DNA of 64,000 nt from Promethearchaeota archaeon. Its GTDB lineage: Archaea > Asgardarchaeota > Lokiarchaeia > Sigyniarchaeales > SOKP01. Positions 19,263 through 30,151 of this stretch are shown here, piece after piece. The DNA lies in the NCBI GenBank assembly GCA_019058365.1, contig JAHPZE010000002.1:160001-224000 (forward strand), given 5' to 3'. Under the pieces are notes generated by a model, which saw only the letters and a program-made list of their open reading frames with translations, searched no databases and had not been told where the DNA came from. The position numbers and the translations under genes are program-made. The first letter of the stretch is position 1. Each line of letters starts with the position of its first letter.

Positions 19263-20615
19263 ATGAAAGTTGTAATAATAGGAAACAATGTAGCAGGGAC
19301 TTTTACAGCTCAAAATCTAAGATCTCTCAATGAAGATATTGAAATCGAAATCTTTACCCAAGAAAAGTATCCTTACTATACAAGGGTTAAACTACCAGAA
19401 TTAATATCCGAGAAGGTAGCTATTGATGATTTAATTATATTTAAAGAAGATTGGTATAATACTAAGCGAATCAACTTACACTTGAATAAAAAAGTAAAAA
19501 AAATTGATCCCAGTAATAAAATGATATATATTAAGGATGAGTTTAACCCTATTGTTTACGATAAACTTGTTTTAGCACTTGGAAGTATGCCTAATATTCC
19601 TCCTTTTAAGAATGCAGTTGATATGAGAGATCAAAAGAAGGGAGTATTCACATTACGAAGCATTGATGATGCTTTAGAAATACGAGATTTTATAAAAAAA
19701 TCCGCAGTTGAAAAAGCAATAATTATTGGCGGGGGTCTATTAGGCTTAGAATTAGCTAATCAAATTAAAGCGTGTAATTTGGAAACTACTGTAGTAGAAT
19801 TCTTTCCCCGATTATTACCAAGACAATTAGATGAAGAATGCGCTGTTATGTTAAAAGAAGAAATCGAGAGTCGAGGAATTAATGTAGTCTTAGATGCAGT
19901 TACCGAAGAAATTTTAGGAAATGGTAGAGTCGAAGGGATTAAATTAAAAGATGGACGAAAATTTGATACCGATATTGTTTTGATTCAAGCAGGTATTAAT
20001 CCAACGATAGATTTAGCTAAGGAAGCAAATATCCAAACAAATAGAGGAATAATCGTTAATGAATTTTTAGAAACCAGTGAAAAAGATATCTATGCTGTTG
20101 GAGATTGTATAGAATATAAAAATCAAATATGGGGTATTATTCCAGCGTGTATGGAACAATCAAAAATAGTCGCAGCTTCCTTGCTTGGGATAAAAAACGT
20201 TGATTATGAAGGAACTACGCCTAAAAATACGCTTAAAATTGTAGGATTAGAACTAACATCAATAGGAATTATAGATCCTACTAAAGAAGAAGGCCCTGCC
20301 TGGGATATCTTAAAAAAGGCCGATAAAAAGGATTGTTGTTATCAGAAGATAGTGTTAAAAGGGAATAAGTTAAAAGGAGCCATATTATTTGGTGAAAATA
20401 AAGCAATGTCTTATGTGTATAACAAGATGGAAGAAGATGTTGATAGAGATGAGTTAAAAAAATTATTAGAATTATATTCTTATGTATGTAATAATTGTGG
20501 AATGGAATATGATGAGGCCAAAACGGGTATTCTCTTTAATGATCTACCATCTGATTGGAAATGTCCAAATTGTAAAGGCTCTAAAAAAGATTTTAAAAAA
20601 AAAAGTAATTCTTAA
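19263..20615 (+). CDS. NADH:rubredoxin oxidoreductase-like flavoprotein with C-terminal rubredoxin
   Basis: FAD/NAD motifs GGGLLGLE and YAVGDC; C-terminal CNNCG...[10 protein letters not shown]. Confidence 0.88.
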   Translation: MKVVIIGNNVAGTFTAQNLRSLNEDIEIEIFTQEKYPYYTRVKLPELISEKVAIDDLIIFKEDWYNTKRINLHLNKKVKKIDPSNKMIYIKDEFNPIVYDKLVLALGSMPNIPPFKNAVDMRDQKKGVFTLRSIDDALEIRDFIKKSAVEKAIIIGGGLLGLELANQIKACNLETTVVEFFPRLLPRQLDEECAVMLKEEIESRGINVVLDAVTEEILGNGRVEGIKLKDGRKFDTDIVLIQAGINPTIDLAKEANIQTNRGIIVNEFLETSEKDIYAVGDCIEYKNQIWGIIPACMEQSKIVAASLLGIKNVDYEGTTPKNTLKIVGLELTSIGIIDPTKEEGPAWDILKKADKKDCCYQKIVLKGNKLKGAILFGENKAMSYVYNKMEEDVDRDELKKLLELYSYVCNNCGMEYDEAKTGILFNDLPSDWKCPNCKGSKKDFKKKSNS

Positions 20616-20641
20616 TTGTATTTATAATGAGGTGAAAATCA

Positions 20642-20791
20642 ATTTCTCTTTACCGGTGTAAAAGATGTAATTATATTTATGATAATGATGAAGAAGATAA
20701 ACCTTTCGAAGAATTAGATGAAAATGAATTTAGATGTCCAAAGTGTAAATCTTCAAAAAAATTTTTTGTGAGAAAAGAGATGCCTAAATAA
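20642..20791 (+). CDS. Rubredoxin (49 aa), probable ATT start
   Basis: Not in ORF track. (M)SLYRCKRCNYIYDNDEEDKPFEELDENEFRCPKCKSSKKFFVRKEMPK; GAGGTGA RBS 6 nt before ATT; in-frame TGA at 20633. Confidence 0.8.
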   Translation: MSLYRCKRCNYIYDNDEEDKPFEELDENEFRCPKCKSSKKFFVRKEMPK

Positions 20792-20843
20792 ATTAATGAT
20801 CTTCTTAATTTGATTATATTTTTCTTTATTATATCACAGATAT

Positions 20844-21293
20844 CTATTCTTTTTTCAGTTTCTTAAGTTTTACAATATTATATACTAACGCAATTATGAA
20901 GGCCAATAAAAAGAAAAATATTACCCATCCCCAAGTTAAATCGATTGCGAGAGAGCCAAACAAGAGAGAGTAGCAAGCAGCCCATTCAATAATGATATAA
21001 GGAACGTGTGTACTTAGTTTTGATCGAAAATCAATCTTGAAAACCTGATCAAGCAAAAACTCTACCAGCAAATAAAAAAGGATTAGTATTACATATATAA
21101 TTAATTTCAGAGGTTTTCCAATTACAATATAATTAATCAATATCGCACCGAATGGAAGCATTAAAACAGCAAAAATCACTCCAAATACTTTAACCTCATT
21201 GAATTTGTCATTTGCAGTTAAAATGAATACGCAAATTACACAAGAGAAAAAAATCATGCTTGAAATGATAAATAACCAATCAAATAATTCCAC
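20844..21293 (-). CDS. Hypothetical membrane protein
   Basis: About 5 hydrophobic helices. Confidence 0.7.
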   Translation of the reverse strand: MELFDWLFIISSMIFFSCVICVFILTANDKFNEVKVFGVIFAVLMLPFGAILINYIVIGKPLKLIIYVILILFYLLVEFLLDQVFKIDFRSKLSTHVPYIIIEWAACYSLLFGSLAIDLTWGWVIFFFLLAFIIALVYNIVKLKKLKKE

Positions 21294-21466
21294 TTATATC
21301 CCGCTACAATCTCTAAATTCTAATTATTATACTCAAATATTGCCATAGTGGTTTAAAAAGTATATCTTTTTTATATTTAAATTCAGACTTACTGGATATA
21401 ATATGTTTATGTGAAATTTTCAATAATCCGAGAAATTAGATACCAAAAGGAACTATAGGTTAAAAG

Positions 21467-21676
21467 ATGTATCAGTTTTATAAGTATAACACTTATGTTC
21501 ATAAAGCATTGAATAGTCGTATTAAGCTTACTCCAACTGATATTGCTAAAATTACCTTAGTTGGACCCCAATTAGAACATTTCTATAGAATGGGTATCTC
21601 AAATAATGAATTATTGTTCAGATTAGGACCCGTATACAATAACATTGAATTTATTAAGTTCTATAAATATCCATAG
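21467..21676 (+). CDS. Hypothetical small ORF or gene fragment
   Basis: 69-aa ORF, no recognisable motif. Confidence 0.3.
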   Translation: MYQFYKYNTYVHKALNSRIKLTPTDIAKITLVGPQLEHFYRMGISNNELLFRLGPVYNNIEFIKFYKYP

Positions 21677-21799
21677 ATTAAAAAACCATTTAGAATAGTC
21701 TTATATTTATAAATTATTAAATTAATATTTTTTATATACATTCAATTACAATCCTTAAAATCAAAAGTAACGACTTAAAATTAATAAAAAGTGGTTAAA

Positions 21800-21937
21800 A
21801 TGGGAAAATGGGAATGTCAAGCATGCGGATATGTTTATGATGAAGAAGCTGAGGGAACTAAATTTGAAGATTTACCTGATGACTGGACTTGCCCTGTTTG
21901 TGGTGTTGGGAAGGATATGTTCGAAAAAATCGAATAA
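21800..21937 (+). CDS. rub: Rubredoxin (45 aa)
   Basis: Not in ORF track. [45 protein letters not shown], canonical CxxCG...[14 protein letters not shown]. Confidence 0.95.
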   Translation: MGKWECQACGYVYDEEAEGTKFEDLPDDWTCPVCGVGKDMFEKIE

Positions 21938-22084
21938 TGAATAAAATATTACTTATTTTTTAATTTTTTTTTATTGTCTAATTTCTGAAAATTTTTATAA
22001 TAAATAGGATATAAGTTTTTAATTTGATTTGAATTAATAATACGAAATAATAATCAAATCCTATTATAAAAAGGTGAAATTGAA

Positions 22085-23290
22085 ATTACTCATTTAGAAT
22101 TAATGAAAGATATCTATTATGTTGGTTATGTAGATTGGGAAGTAAGGAATTTTCATGGATATTCTACTAACCGAGGTAGTAGCTATAATTCATATATAGT
22201 TAAAGGAGAGAAAACTGTACTGATTGATACTGTTAAACGTCCTTATTTTGATTACTTTTTGAAGAACATTAAGGATGTATGCGATCCTTCCGAAATCGAT
22301 TATTTCATTACGAATCATGTTGAGATGGATCATTCTGGGTCATTTCCATTAATTCTCAAATATATTCCTAATGCTGAATTAATTGCTTCAAAAAGAGCGG
22401 TTGATATATTAAAAGCTCATTTTCATGAGGAAGTTGATGAAAATTTATTTAATAAAATTAGAACCGTCGAGGAAGGGGATACTTTAGATATTGGAAATGG
22501 TAAAAAATTTACATTTGTGCCTATTCCAATGATTCATTGGCCCGATTCTATGGTTTCTTTTATGACTGACGAGAATGGGAAAAATATATTATTTTCTAAT
22601 GATGCTTTTGGACAACATTATGCAACATCTAAACGTTGGGATGATGAAAATGATCTTGCTGAAGTATTTCAAGAAGCAGAAAAATATTATGCGAACATCT
22701 TACTTCATCTTTCTGGGTTAATAACAAAGACATTACCTAAGGTTGGAGCATTACCAATCGAAATTATATGTCCTTCTCATGGGATTTGCTGGAGAAATCA
22801 TATTCCTGAAATCTTAGAGAAATATACTAAGTGGAGTAAAGGAGAAATTGATGAAAAAAGTGTTCTTATCGTATATGATACAATGTGGGAAAGCACCGCA
22901 AAAATCGCAAAAGCTTTAACCAATGAAATTAAGCATCGAGGTATTCCAGTAAAACGGTATAGACTAACTAATGTCAACTATTCAGATGTGATAACAGAAG
23001 CTATGAAAGCAAAAGCTATCTTAGTTGGGAGCCCTACTCTAAATAATGGATTATTTCCAACTGTTGCTGAATACTTATCTTATCAAAAGGGTTTAAAGCC
23101 TTTGAATAAGGTTGGATTAGCTTTTGGCTCATTTGGTTGGGGCGGAGGTGCTGTAAAAGAAATCGTGGAATTGATGAAGGTTGCTAAAATTGATGTAATG
23201 GAAGACACAATAGAAATTAAGTTTGTTCCAAGACCAGAAGATTTAGATTTTAAGGAAATTGTAGACAAATTAATTAAAAAAATGGCGTAA
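22085..23290 (+). CDS. fprA: Flavodiiron protein (O2/NO reductase)
   Basis: HVEMDHSG, HWPD, SNDAFG, PSHG, flavodoxin TMWEST, FGSFGWGG. Start extended from ATG 22103 to RBS-supported ATT 22085 (tentative). Confidence 0.93.
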   Translation: MTHLELMKDIYYVGYVDWEVRNFHGYSTNRGSSYNSYIVKGEKTVLIDTVKRPYFDYFLKNIKDVCDPSEIDYFITNHVEMDHSGSFPLILKYIPNAELIASKRAVDILKAHFHEEVDENLFNKIRTVEEGDTLDIGNGKKFTFVPIPMIHWPDSMVSFMTDENGKNILFSNDAFGQHYATSKRWDDENDLAEVFQEAEKYYANILLHLSGLITKTLPKVGALPIEIICPSHGICWRNHIPEILEKYTKWSKGEIDEKSVLIVYDTMWESTAKIAKALTNEIKHRGIPVKRYRLTNVNYSDVITEAMKAKAILVGSPTLNNGLFPTVAEYLSYQKGLKPLNKVGLAFGSFGWGGGAVKEIVELMKVAKIDVMEDTIEIKFVPRPEDLDFKEIVDKLIKKMA

Positions 23291-23304
23291 AAGAGGAAAA
23301 AAAA

Positions 23305-24483
23305 ATGGATTTTATGCTAACTGAAGAACTAAAAGCTCTACAAAAAAAGGCGAGAGAGTTTGCCATTCGTGAAGTTTTACCAGTTTCAGGAAAATATGAT
23401 GAATCTGAAGAATTTCCTTTACCCGTTATTAAAAAAGCTTGGGAACAAGGATTATTAAACTTAGGAATCCCTAAGAAATATGGAGGCTTAGGTTATGGTT
23501 TATTAAGTTCCTGTATTGTTGTCGAAGAAATATCATCTGCATGTCCAGGAATTGCAACTTCAATCTTTGATAATAACCTTGGTGCTGAACCAATTCTTAT
23601 TGGTGGTAACGAAGAACAAAAGCAAAGAATTTTGAGTGAATTAGTCAATACCTTCAAATTGATTGCTTTTGCAACCTCTGAACCAATGATGGGTTCTGAT
23701 GTCGCTGGAATGAAATGTAAAGCAGAAAAAGATGGAGACGAATATATTTTAAATGGAAATAAGTTTTGGATTACTAATGGAGGATATGCTGATTATATTA
23801 CTGTATTTGCTACGATAGATCCTGAGCAAAAGCATAAAGGGATAGCAGCATTTATTGTAGATACAAAAAGCGAAGGAGTTAAATTAGGCAAGCATATCCC
23901 TAAATTAGGTCAAAGATCATCAAATACAGTATCAGTTGGTTTAAAAGATGTGAGGATACCTAAAGAAAATGTTCTAGCCAAGCCTGGAAGAGGGTTTGTT
24001 TTAGCTATGCAAACATTTGCTCATACTCGTCCCGCCATTGGTGCATTTGCAATTGGATGTGCTCGTTCTGCAATGGAATATTCTATTGATTATGCTCAAA
24101 AAAGAGAAGCTTTTGGAAGGCTAATTGGAAATTATCAAGTAATTCAAGAAAAGATAGCTAACATGTATAAAGATATTGAAGCTGCACGTTTATTAACATA
24201 TAAAGCCGCTTGGGAAGCTGATCAAGGAATGGACAATAATTTAAGTTCTTCTGTTGCCAAAGCTTTCGCCTCAGACGTTGCTATGAATGTAACAACAGAA
24301 GCAATTCAAATTTTTGGAGGTTATGGTTACTTGAGAACATACCCTGTTGAAAAATTATTTAGAGATGCAAAATTATACCAAATCTATGAAGGTACCAGTG
24401 AGATTCAGAGAATTGTTATCTCGCGTTTTGTAATGAAAGGATACGAACACGCAATGCCTTTTCTCGGCAAAAAGAGAAACTAA
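23305..24483 (+). CDS. Acyl-CoA dehydrogenase
   Basis: SEPMMGSD, NGNKFWITNG, REAFG, QIFGGYGY, IYEGTSEIQR. Confidence 0.95.
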   Translation: MDFMLTEELKALQKKAREFAIREVLPVSGKYDESEEFPLPVIKKAWEQGLLNLGIPKKYGGLGYGLLSSCIVVEEISSACPGIATSIFDNNLGAEPILIGGNEEQKQRILSELVNTFKLIAFATSEPMMGSDVAGMKCKAEKDGDEYILNGNKFWITNGGYADYITVFATIDPEQKHKGIAAFIVDTKSEGVKLGKHIPKLGQRSSNTVSVGLKDVRIPKENVLAKPGRGFVLAMQTFAHTRPAIGAFAIGCARSAMEYSIDYAQKREAFGRLIGNYQVIQEKIANMYKDIEAARLLTYKAAWEADQGMDNNLSSSVAKAFASDVAMNVTTEAIQIFGGYGYLRTYPVEKLFRDAKLYQIYEGTSEIQRIVISRFVMKGYEHAMPFLGKKRN

Positions 24484-24518
24484 AAGTAACTATTAAAAAT
24501 TTATATTTTTTTTCTTAA

Positions 24519-25067
24519 TTAAAATGACTTTAAAATTTCTTCTGTAGCTCCTATAAAGTTATCACATATTATAGTTGGTTTTATTCCAAGAGCTTCTAAT
24601 TCATCTAAGTGTTTATCACCATGTCCAGTTATAAGAAAAATTGTTTTACAACCCGCATTTATCCCAAATTGTATATCTGAAGGGTGATCACCAATCATCC
24701 ACGAATTATTAATATCAACGTTAAATTCATTGATGATTTCCTCAATAAATTTAATCTTTGGTTTCCTGCATTCACAATTATCCTCTCTTAAATGAGGACA
24801 AAAATAAGTTTTAAGAATGTTAATTTTTTCCTTTTTCAATATCTTTAATAAATGATTATTAAAATTATGAAAATCTTGAATAGTATAATAACCTCTTCCT
24901 ATACCTGATTGATTGGTTACAATAAAAAAGAGAAAATAATTTCTGAGTAATTTTAAACCTTCAATTACTCCAGGCAATAATTCAAAATCTTCGATTTTAT
25001 AAGTGTAATTCTTATCCTCAATTAATGTGCCATCTCTATCCAAAATAATAGCTTTGTTTTTTACCAA
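24519..25067 (-). CDS. HAD IIIA phosphatase, GmhB/HisB-N-like
   Basis: DRDGTL, TNQSGIGRG, CPH..CECRKP, MIGD. Confidence 0.9.
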   Translation of the reverse strand: MVKNKAIILDRDGTLIEDKNYTYKIEDFELLPGVIEGLKLLRNYFLFFIVTNQSGIGRGYYTIQDFHNFNNHLLKILKKEKINILKTYFCPHLREDNCECRKPKIKFIEEIINEFNVDINNSWMIGDHPSDIQFGINAGCKTIFLITGHGDKHLDELEALGIKPTIICDNFIGATEEILKSF

Positions 25068-25278
25068 CTTTTATTACCTCAATTAAATTTTAAAATTAAA
25101 AAAGTTATCCATAAAAAAAGAAAGTAATTACAGCAAGATAACCAATTCCTATTAGAATATGAAATAAAATATAATGATTTAATTGATTTGATATGTACAA
25201 TTGTGTTTCTGATGCTTAAAACTTCATGGTTAAAAAATAAATAAAAATTAAAAAAAAGTTATTTAGTTAATTTAAAAT

Positions 25279-25665
25279 TTAACTTTTCCATAAAAAGTGT
25301 ATATTACAATATTCTCGAGCCCAGAAACCTTCCGGTTTAGCAACAGTAAAAGTTGCTTTTGGTTCCATGCCAGGTTTCAAGAATCTTCTTTCGTAGCATC
25401 CATCTTTACAAATTATTTCAATCCACATTATATAGTGCTCGTCAGTCATAGGATGAGGAGTTCCCATTGAGATACCTACATCAACAGTTACCTTATTACC
25501 CTCAATCGTGATTTTAGGAACGTGCTTCTCTGTTTTCCAGTCTTTAGTTTGTTCCTCCATTAACATCATTGGTTTTCCACAGCAGATAGTCTCGGGAGAA
25601 GCGGGGTGTAAAATCTCGATTACTTTTCCGCATATAGAGCATCTATAGATTTCTTTTTGTTTCAT
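25279..25665 (-). CDS. dfx: Desulfoferrodoxin (2Fe superoxide reductase)
   Basis: CSICG..CCGKPM, EKHVP, HPM..H, CNIH. Real start is ATG 25665; the track's 25914 start overlaps rbr. Confidence 0.92.
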   Translation of the reverse strand: MKQKEIYRCSICGKVIEILHPASPETICCGKPMMLMEEQTKDWKTEKHVPKITIEGNKVTVDVGISMGTPHPMTDEHYIMWIEIICKDGCYERRFLKPGMEPKATFTVAKPEGFWAREYCNIHFLWKS

Positions 25666-25756
25666 TTTTCTTCTCACTTTTAATCTTTTGTTTGTTAAAT
25701 CATTTAATTTAATATTTAATGATTTTGATTTTAAATTAAAACTTGATTTAATTTTT

Positions 25757-26347
25757 TTAGAAATCTTCACATTTCTTTCTATAGTACTCTCGAGGATGGT
25801 CACAAGATGGACATTTAAAGTTTTTAGGTAATTCATCCATTTCAACTTCATAACCACACTCCATGCATACCCAGACGACTTTTTTACCACGTTTGAAGAA
25901 AGCATCATCACCAACTAACTTTAAGAGTTTTCCATATCTCTCGGAATGGTGTTTTTCAGCCTTTATAATTGCACTGACTCTTTTGGCAACGTCAGAATAT
26001 CCTTCTTTTTCAGCTGTCTTAACAATATCAGGGTAAAGTGTTTGCCATTCCATATTTTCTCCGGCTATTGCGGATTTCAGATTTTCAATCGTAGTCCCAA
26101 GCGTAGTTGGGAATTCTGCATCAGGGATCACTTTCATTTCATCAAATTTTTCTTCCTTCTTAAATTGTTGGAGCATTTTATAAAACCAACTACCATGTTC
26201 TTTTTCTTGATCTGATGTTTCATCAAAAACTTTTGATATCAACACAAATCCTTCTTTTTTCGCGACTTTAGAAAAATAGTTGTATCTATTACGGGCTTGA
26301 GATTCTCCCACATATGCGGTATATAATTTTTTAGCAGTTTCTTTCAT
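25757..26347 (-). CDS. rbr: Rubrerythrin
   Basis: GESQARNRY, EKEH, GENME, AEKHH, CMECG...CPSCDHP. Confidence 0.93.
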   Translation of the reverse strand: MKETAKKLYTAYVGESQARNRYNYFSKVAKKEGFVLISKVFDETSDQEKEHGSWFYKMLQQFKKEEKFDEMKVIPDAEFPTTLGTTIENLKSAIAGENMEWQTLYPDIVKTAEKEGYSDVAKRVSAIIKAEKHHSERYGKLLKLVGDDAFFKRGKKVVWVCMECGYEVEMDELPKNFKCPSCDHPREYYRKKCEDF

Positions 26348-26464
26348 AGTTTTTAACCTCCATTTTTAAATTGGAAATTCGTTTTATATGAATATATTTG
26401 GATTTATATTATTTCGCCTATTTTTTAACTTTTTTACTTATAATTTAAAGAAAAAAAAATTATT

Positions 26465-28849
26465 TTAATAATAAGTTTCTGTCATTCTACTTTCTTCCAA
26501 TTCTACGGGAAAACCTTTTCTATGCCATATCATCATACCCCCAGTTAAATTTCTAATATCTTTAAAATCCGCTTGGGCTAGTATTCGCGCTGCCATCATA
26601 GAGCGAGAACCAGAGTGACATATTACAATTATTTCCTCATCCTTATAATCTTTGATAATATCTGGATTATTTAATAACTCTCCTAAAGGAATTGATTTAG
26701 TATTTTTGATATGACCCTGTGGACCAAGATATTCTTGGGGTGTTCGAACATCGATCATAAGAGGAGGTTCTTCTTTAGTGCTAATACGTTCAAAAAGCTC
26801 ATCAGCACTAATATCTGAAACTGGAGGTGTATCAGGAGGTCTTAATTCTTTTCTAGTTTTCTTTTTGACAGGAGCTATAACTTCAATAGGTTGAACCTTT
26901 TCTAATGTAGCAACTAACATCCCCTTTTCTTTTCCAAGATGTAATAACTTTACTGCTTCGTTTAATTTAGAATAAGCCTCAACACTAGATTTAAATCCTA
27001 GATCTGTTGCATATACTTTTAATTTCTTATTTTCCGGTAATGTATCAAGCCCTTTAATTAGTGCATTTAAAGGACCCGGACATGAAAGTCCACAAGCATC
27101 TACTTCTATGTAATCTTCACTTTCAATAGCCTTTTCATGAACGAATTCTTCAATAACATTTTCGGAACCCCCACATGCTGCCATTATTTCTTCTGTTGTC
27201 GCATTTGCCATTTCATAAATTTTAAAACCCCCAGTTAGTTCATACACTTCTTTAAAACCATTTTGTAATAGAATTCTTAATGCCAAATAACTCCGATATC
27301 CTACTTCACAGTAAACATACATTGATTTATCATGAGGAATTTCATCTAGCCGGGTTCTAAGTTCCTCAATTGGAACATTTGTTGAGCCTTCAATGGATCT
27401 AGCAGAAAATTCTTCTTTAGTCCTAACGTCTAATAAAAGAGCTCCATTATTTACATTGCTAATAAAATCATGCCATTGCCAAATAGGCATATCTTCTCTA
27501 AGAAAGTTAGATGCGACAAATCCAGCCATATTTACGGGATCCTTAGCAGAACCGTAAGGAGGGGCGTACGTTAATTCTAGTTCTTCTAAATCAAAAACAG
27601 TGCCATTAAACTTTATTACTGTTGAGATAACATCAATTCTTTTTTCTGTACCTGGACCTCCAACCGCCTGTGCTCCAAGAATTTTCCCATTTGGAACCTC
27701 AAAAATTAATTTTAGGGTTATTGGTACTGCTCCAGGATAATAACCTGCATGATTATTAGGATGAATATAAATTTTGTTGTAATCTAAACTTAGATTTTTT
27801 AATTGTTTTTCAGTTAATCCTACAGAACCAACTGTCAGATCAAAAACTTTAACAACAGATGTTCCTAAAACCCCTTTATATTCTGAATTTCTTCCAGCAA
27901 TATTATCTGCCGCTATTCTTCCCTGTTTATTTGCGGGACCTGCTAATGCAATTGATATTGGTTTTTTAGTTTGAAAATGATCAACTTGAACAATATCACC
28001 AACAGCATAAACACTCGGATTAGAAGTTTGCATTCTATTATTAACAATAACATATCCTTTTTCGGTGACTTCTAAGTCAGCCTCTTTAGCCAGTTTATTT
28101 TCTGGTCTAATACCAATAGATAAAATAACTAAATCTGTTTCTATCATTCGACCACTTTTTGTTTTAACAAAAGGTTCATCGTTATCATTTCTTCCAAAAG
28201 AATCAACAGGATCTGCTAAAACCAAACAAACTCCATTTAAAATTAATTCTTGGTGGATAAATTGCGCTATTTCCTTATCTATTGGTGGCATGACTTGATC
28301 TAACATTTCAACGATTTTAACCCTCACTCCTTTCTTTACTAGGTTTTCTGCCATTTCTAATCCAATGAAACCACCTCCTATAACAACTGCCCTTTTGATA
28401 TTAGATTTTTCAACATAGTCACGTATTTTTACAGCATCTGGAATGGTCCCTACTGTAAAATAAGGAACGCTATCAAGCCCAAGAAATGAAGGTACTATTG
28501 GTTTTGAGCCGGTTGCTAAGATTAAATAGTCATAATCAAGAATAAATTCATTTAAATTTTTTAAATCTTTCACATTAACTTTTTTTTGGTCTTTATCTAT
28601 TGAAATTACCTCATTATTAACTCGAACATCAATATTAAATCTCTCGAGGAATATTTCTGGTGTTACCAATTCTAAAGACTCACGATCTTTTATTATATTT
28701 CCTACATAGTAAGGTAATCCACAATTCGCAAATGATACGTATGGACCTCGGTCTAACATAATTATTTCGAAATCTTCTCTTAATCTTCTTAATCTAGCGG
28801 CAGCAGAAGCACCTCCCGCCACACCCCCAACTATTACTACTCTTTTCAT
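26465..28849 (-). CDS. CoA-disulfide/persulfide reductase (Npsr-like) with rhodanese-TusA-rhodanese tail
   Basis: GGVAGG, SFANCGLPY, YAPPY; rhodanese CEVGYR; TusA DACGLSCPGP; second rhodanese CHSGSRS. Confidence 0.92.
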   Translation of the reverse strand: MKRVVIVGGVAGGASAAARLRRLREDFEIIMLDRGPYVSFANCGLPYYVGNIIKDRESLELVTPEIFLERFNIDVRVNNEVISIDKDQKKVNVKDLKNLNEFILDYDYLILATGSKPIVPSFLGLDSVPYFTVGTIPDAVKIRDYVEKSNIKRAVVIGGGFIGLEMAENLVKKGVRVKIVEMLDQVMPPIDKEIAQFIHQELILNGVCLVLADPVDSFGRNDNDEPFVKTKSGRMIETDLVILSIGIRPENKLAKEADLEVTEKGYVIVNNRMQTSNPSVYAVGDIVQVDHFQTKKPISIALAGPANKQGRIAADNIAGRNSEYKGVLGTSVVKVFDLTVGSVGLTEKQLKNLSLDYNKIYIHPNNHAGYYPGAVPITLKLIFEVPNGKILGAQAVGGPGTEKRIDVISTVIKFNGTVFDLEELELTYAPPYGSAKDPVNMAGFVASNFLREDMPIWQWHDFISNVNNGALLLDVRTKEEFSARSIEGSTNVPIEELRTRLDEIPHDKSMYVYCEVGYRSYLALRILLQNGFKEVYELTGGFKIYEMANATTEEIMAACGGSENVIEEFVHEKAIESEDYIEVDACGLSCPGPLNALIKGLDTLPENKKLKVYATDLGFKSSVEAYSKLNEAVKLLHLGKEKGMLVATLEKVQPIEVIAPVKKKTRKELRPPDTPPVSDISADELFERISTKEEPPLMIDVRTPQEYLGPQGHIKNTKSIPLGELLNNPDIIKDYKDEEIIVICHSGSRSMMAARILAQADFKDIRNLTGGMMIWHRKGFPVELEESRMTETYY

Positions 28850-28978
28850 AAAAGTAACCACATTCTTTATTTGTTTAAAACTCCTTTAACTATTTTTATA
28901 AAGCGATTAATTTAAATTTGGCTATTATAAGTTAGAAAAATTAGTATATTATCTAATATTATAAAAAATGATATTAAA

Positions 28979-30112
28979 ATGGATGTTAATAAATTATTAA
29001 CCGAAATAAATTCATGTATAGACTGTAAGGATTGTATGGAAGTATGTGATACTTACAAAGTTACTCATGATGAATTTAAATCACCTAACGGAAGATTAAA
29101 AATAGCTGAAAAAGTTTTTTCGAATAGTCAGATTACAGAAGAAGAACTCATAGGGCTGTATACTTGTACATTATGTGGATTATGTGATTTAACTTGTCAA
29201 CAAGAAATTCAAATATCGGAGATTATTCATTCATCAAAAGTTAGGCTTGTAGAAGAAAATAAAGCACCATTAGAAATACACAATAAAATCATAAAAGGTA
29301 TTATTGAAAAAGACAACGCTGTTGGGGGAAATCCAGAAGATAGATTAAATTGGTTATCTGAAAGTTATAAAACAACAGAATTATTTGAAAAAAAAGACTC
29401 AGATACTCTGTTATTTTTAGGATGCATGTCTTCATTTCGCGTAACAGAAAGTGCTCTTGCGCCCTACTCAATTTTAAAACTTGCTGGTTATGATTTTAAA
29501 ATTTTAGAAGAAGAACCATGTTGTGGAGAATATGTATATTCCGCTGGAAATCTTAATCTTGCTAAGAAGATATTTCAAGAAAATATTGAACTATTTAAAA
29601 GGGTAGGAATAAAAAATTTGATAGTTACATGTGGAGGTTGTTTGTATGCCTTTGATAAAGTATACAGAAAATATTTTAAAGATTTCAATCTAAATGTGAG
29701 ACACATAATTGATGTTATTTATGAGTTGGAAAAAAGCAATAAAATTACATTAAAACCATTGAATAAACTGATTACTTATCATGATCCTTGTCGGGTAGGG
29801 AGAAAATATAAAAGTGGACCTCTATACTCTAAACCCCGAAAACTTTTAAATAAATGTGGTTTAGAAATCAAAGAACTTTCCGAAAACCCAGAAGAATGTC
29901 CTTGTTGTGGAGCGGGTTCCGGAATTAGAGGTGTTGATAGTAGTATTTGTATTAAAATAGGTAAAGATTTCTTTAAGAATGTCGAATCTAGAGAAATAGT
30001 TACATCTTGTCCTTTATGTGTGTTTAATTTTAGATATGTTAACTATAAGAATCAAATGGATAAAGATAGTAAATATATAACGGATTATATTTTAGAGTCA
30101 TTAAAAAAATAG
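28979..30112 (+). CDS. (Fe-S)-binding CCG-domain protein (HdrD-like)
   Basis: Two CxxCxxCxxxC motifs; LGC..CCG..CGGC; YHDPC..CCGAG..CPLC. Confidence 0.88.
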   Translation: MDVNKLLTEINSCIDCKDCMEVCDTYKVTHDEFKSPNGRLKIAEKVFSNSQITEEELIGLYTCTLCGLCDLTCQQEIQISEIIHSSKVRLVEENKAPLEIHNKIIKGIIEKDNAVGGNPEDRLNWLSESYKTTELFEKKDSDTLLFLGCMSSFRVTESALAPYSILKLAGYDFKILEEEPCCGEYVYSAGNLNLAKKIFQENIELFKRVGIKNLIVTCGGCLYAFDKVYRKYFKDFNLNVRHIIDVIYELEKSNKITLKPLNKLITYHDPCRVGRKYKSGPLYSKPRKLLNKCGLEIKELSENPEECPCCGAGSGIRGVDSSICIKIGKDFFKNVESREIVTSCPLCVFNFRYVNYKNQMDKDSKYITDYILESLKK

Positions 30113-30151
30113 AAAATTATTTAATAAACGATAAAAACAATTATAGAAGAC

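Noticed and set aside
20627-20635. ATG AGG TGA in frame with the rubredoxin, read as selenocysteine
   Set aside because: The TGA is part of the GAGGTGA RBS, aligns with no conserved Cys, and no SECIS-like hairpin is visible downstream.
25107-25202. 31-codon hydrophobic ORF on the minus strand (TTG start)
   Set aside because: No RBS; hydrophobicity is expected from T-rich DNA.
25666-25914. N-terminal extension of the 211-aa ORF in the track
   Set aside because: Overlaps rubrerythrin and AT-rich intergenic DNA; desulfoferrodoxin homology starts at ATG 25665.
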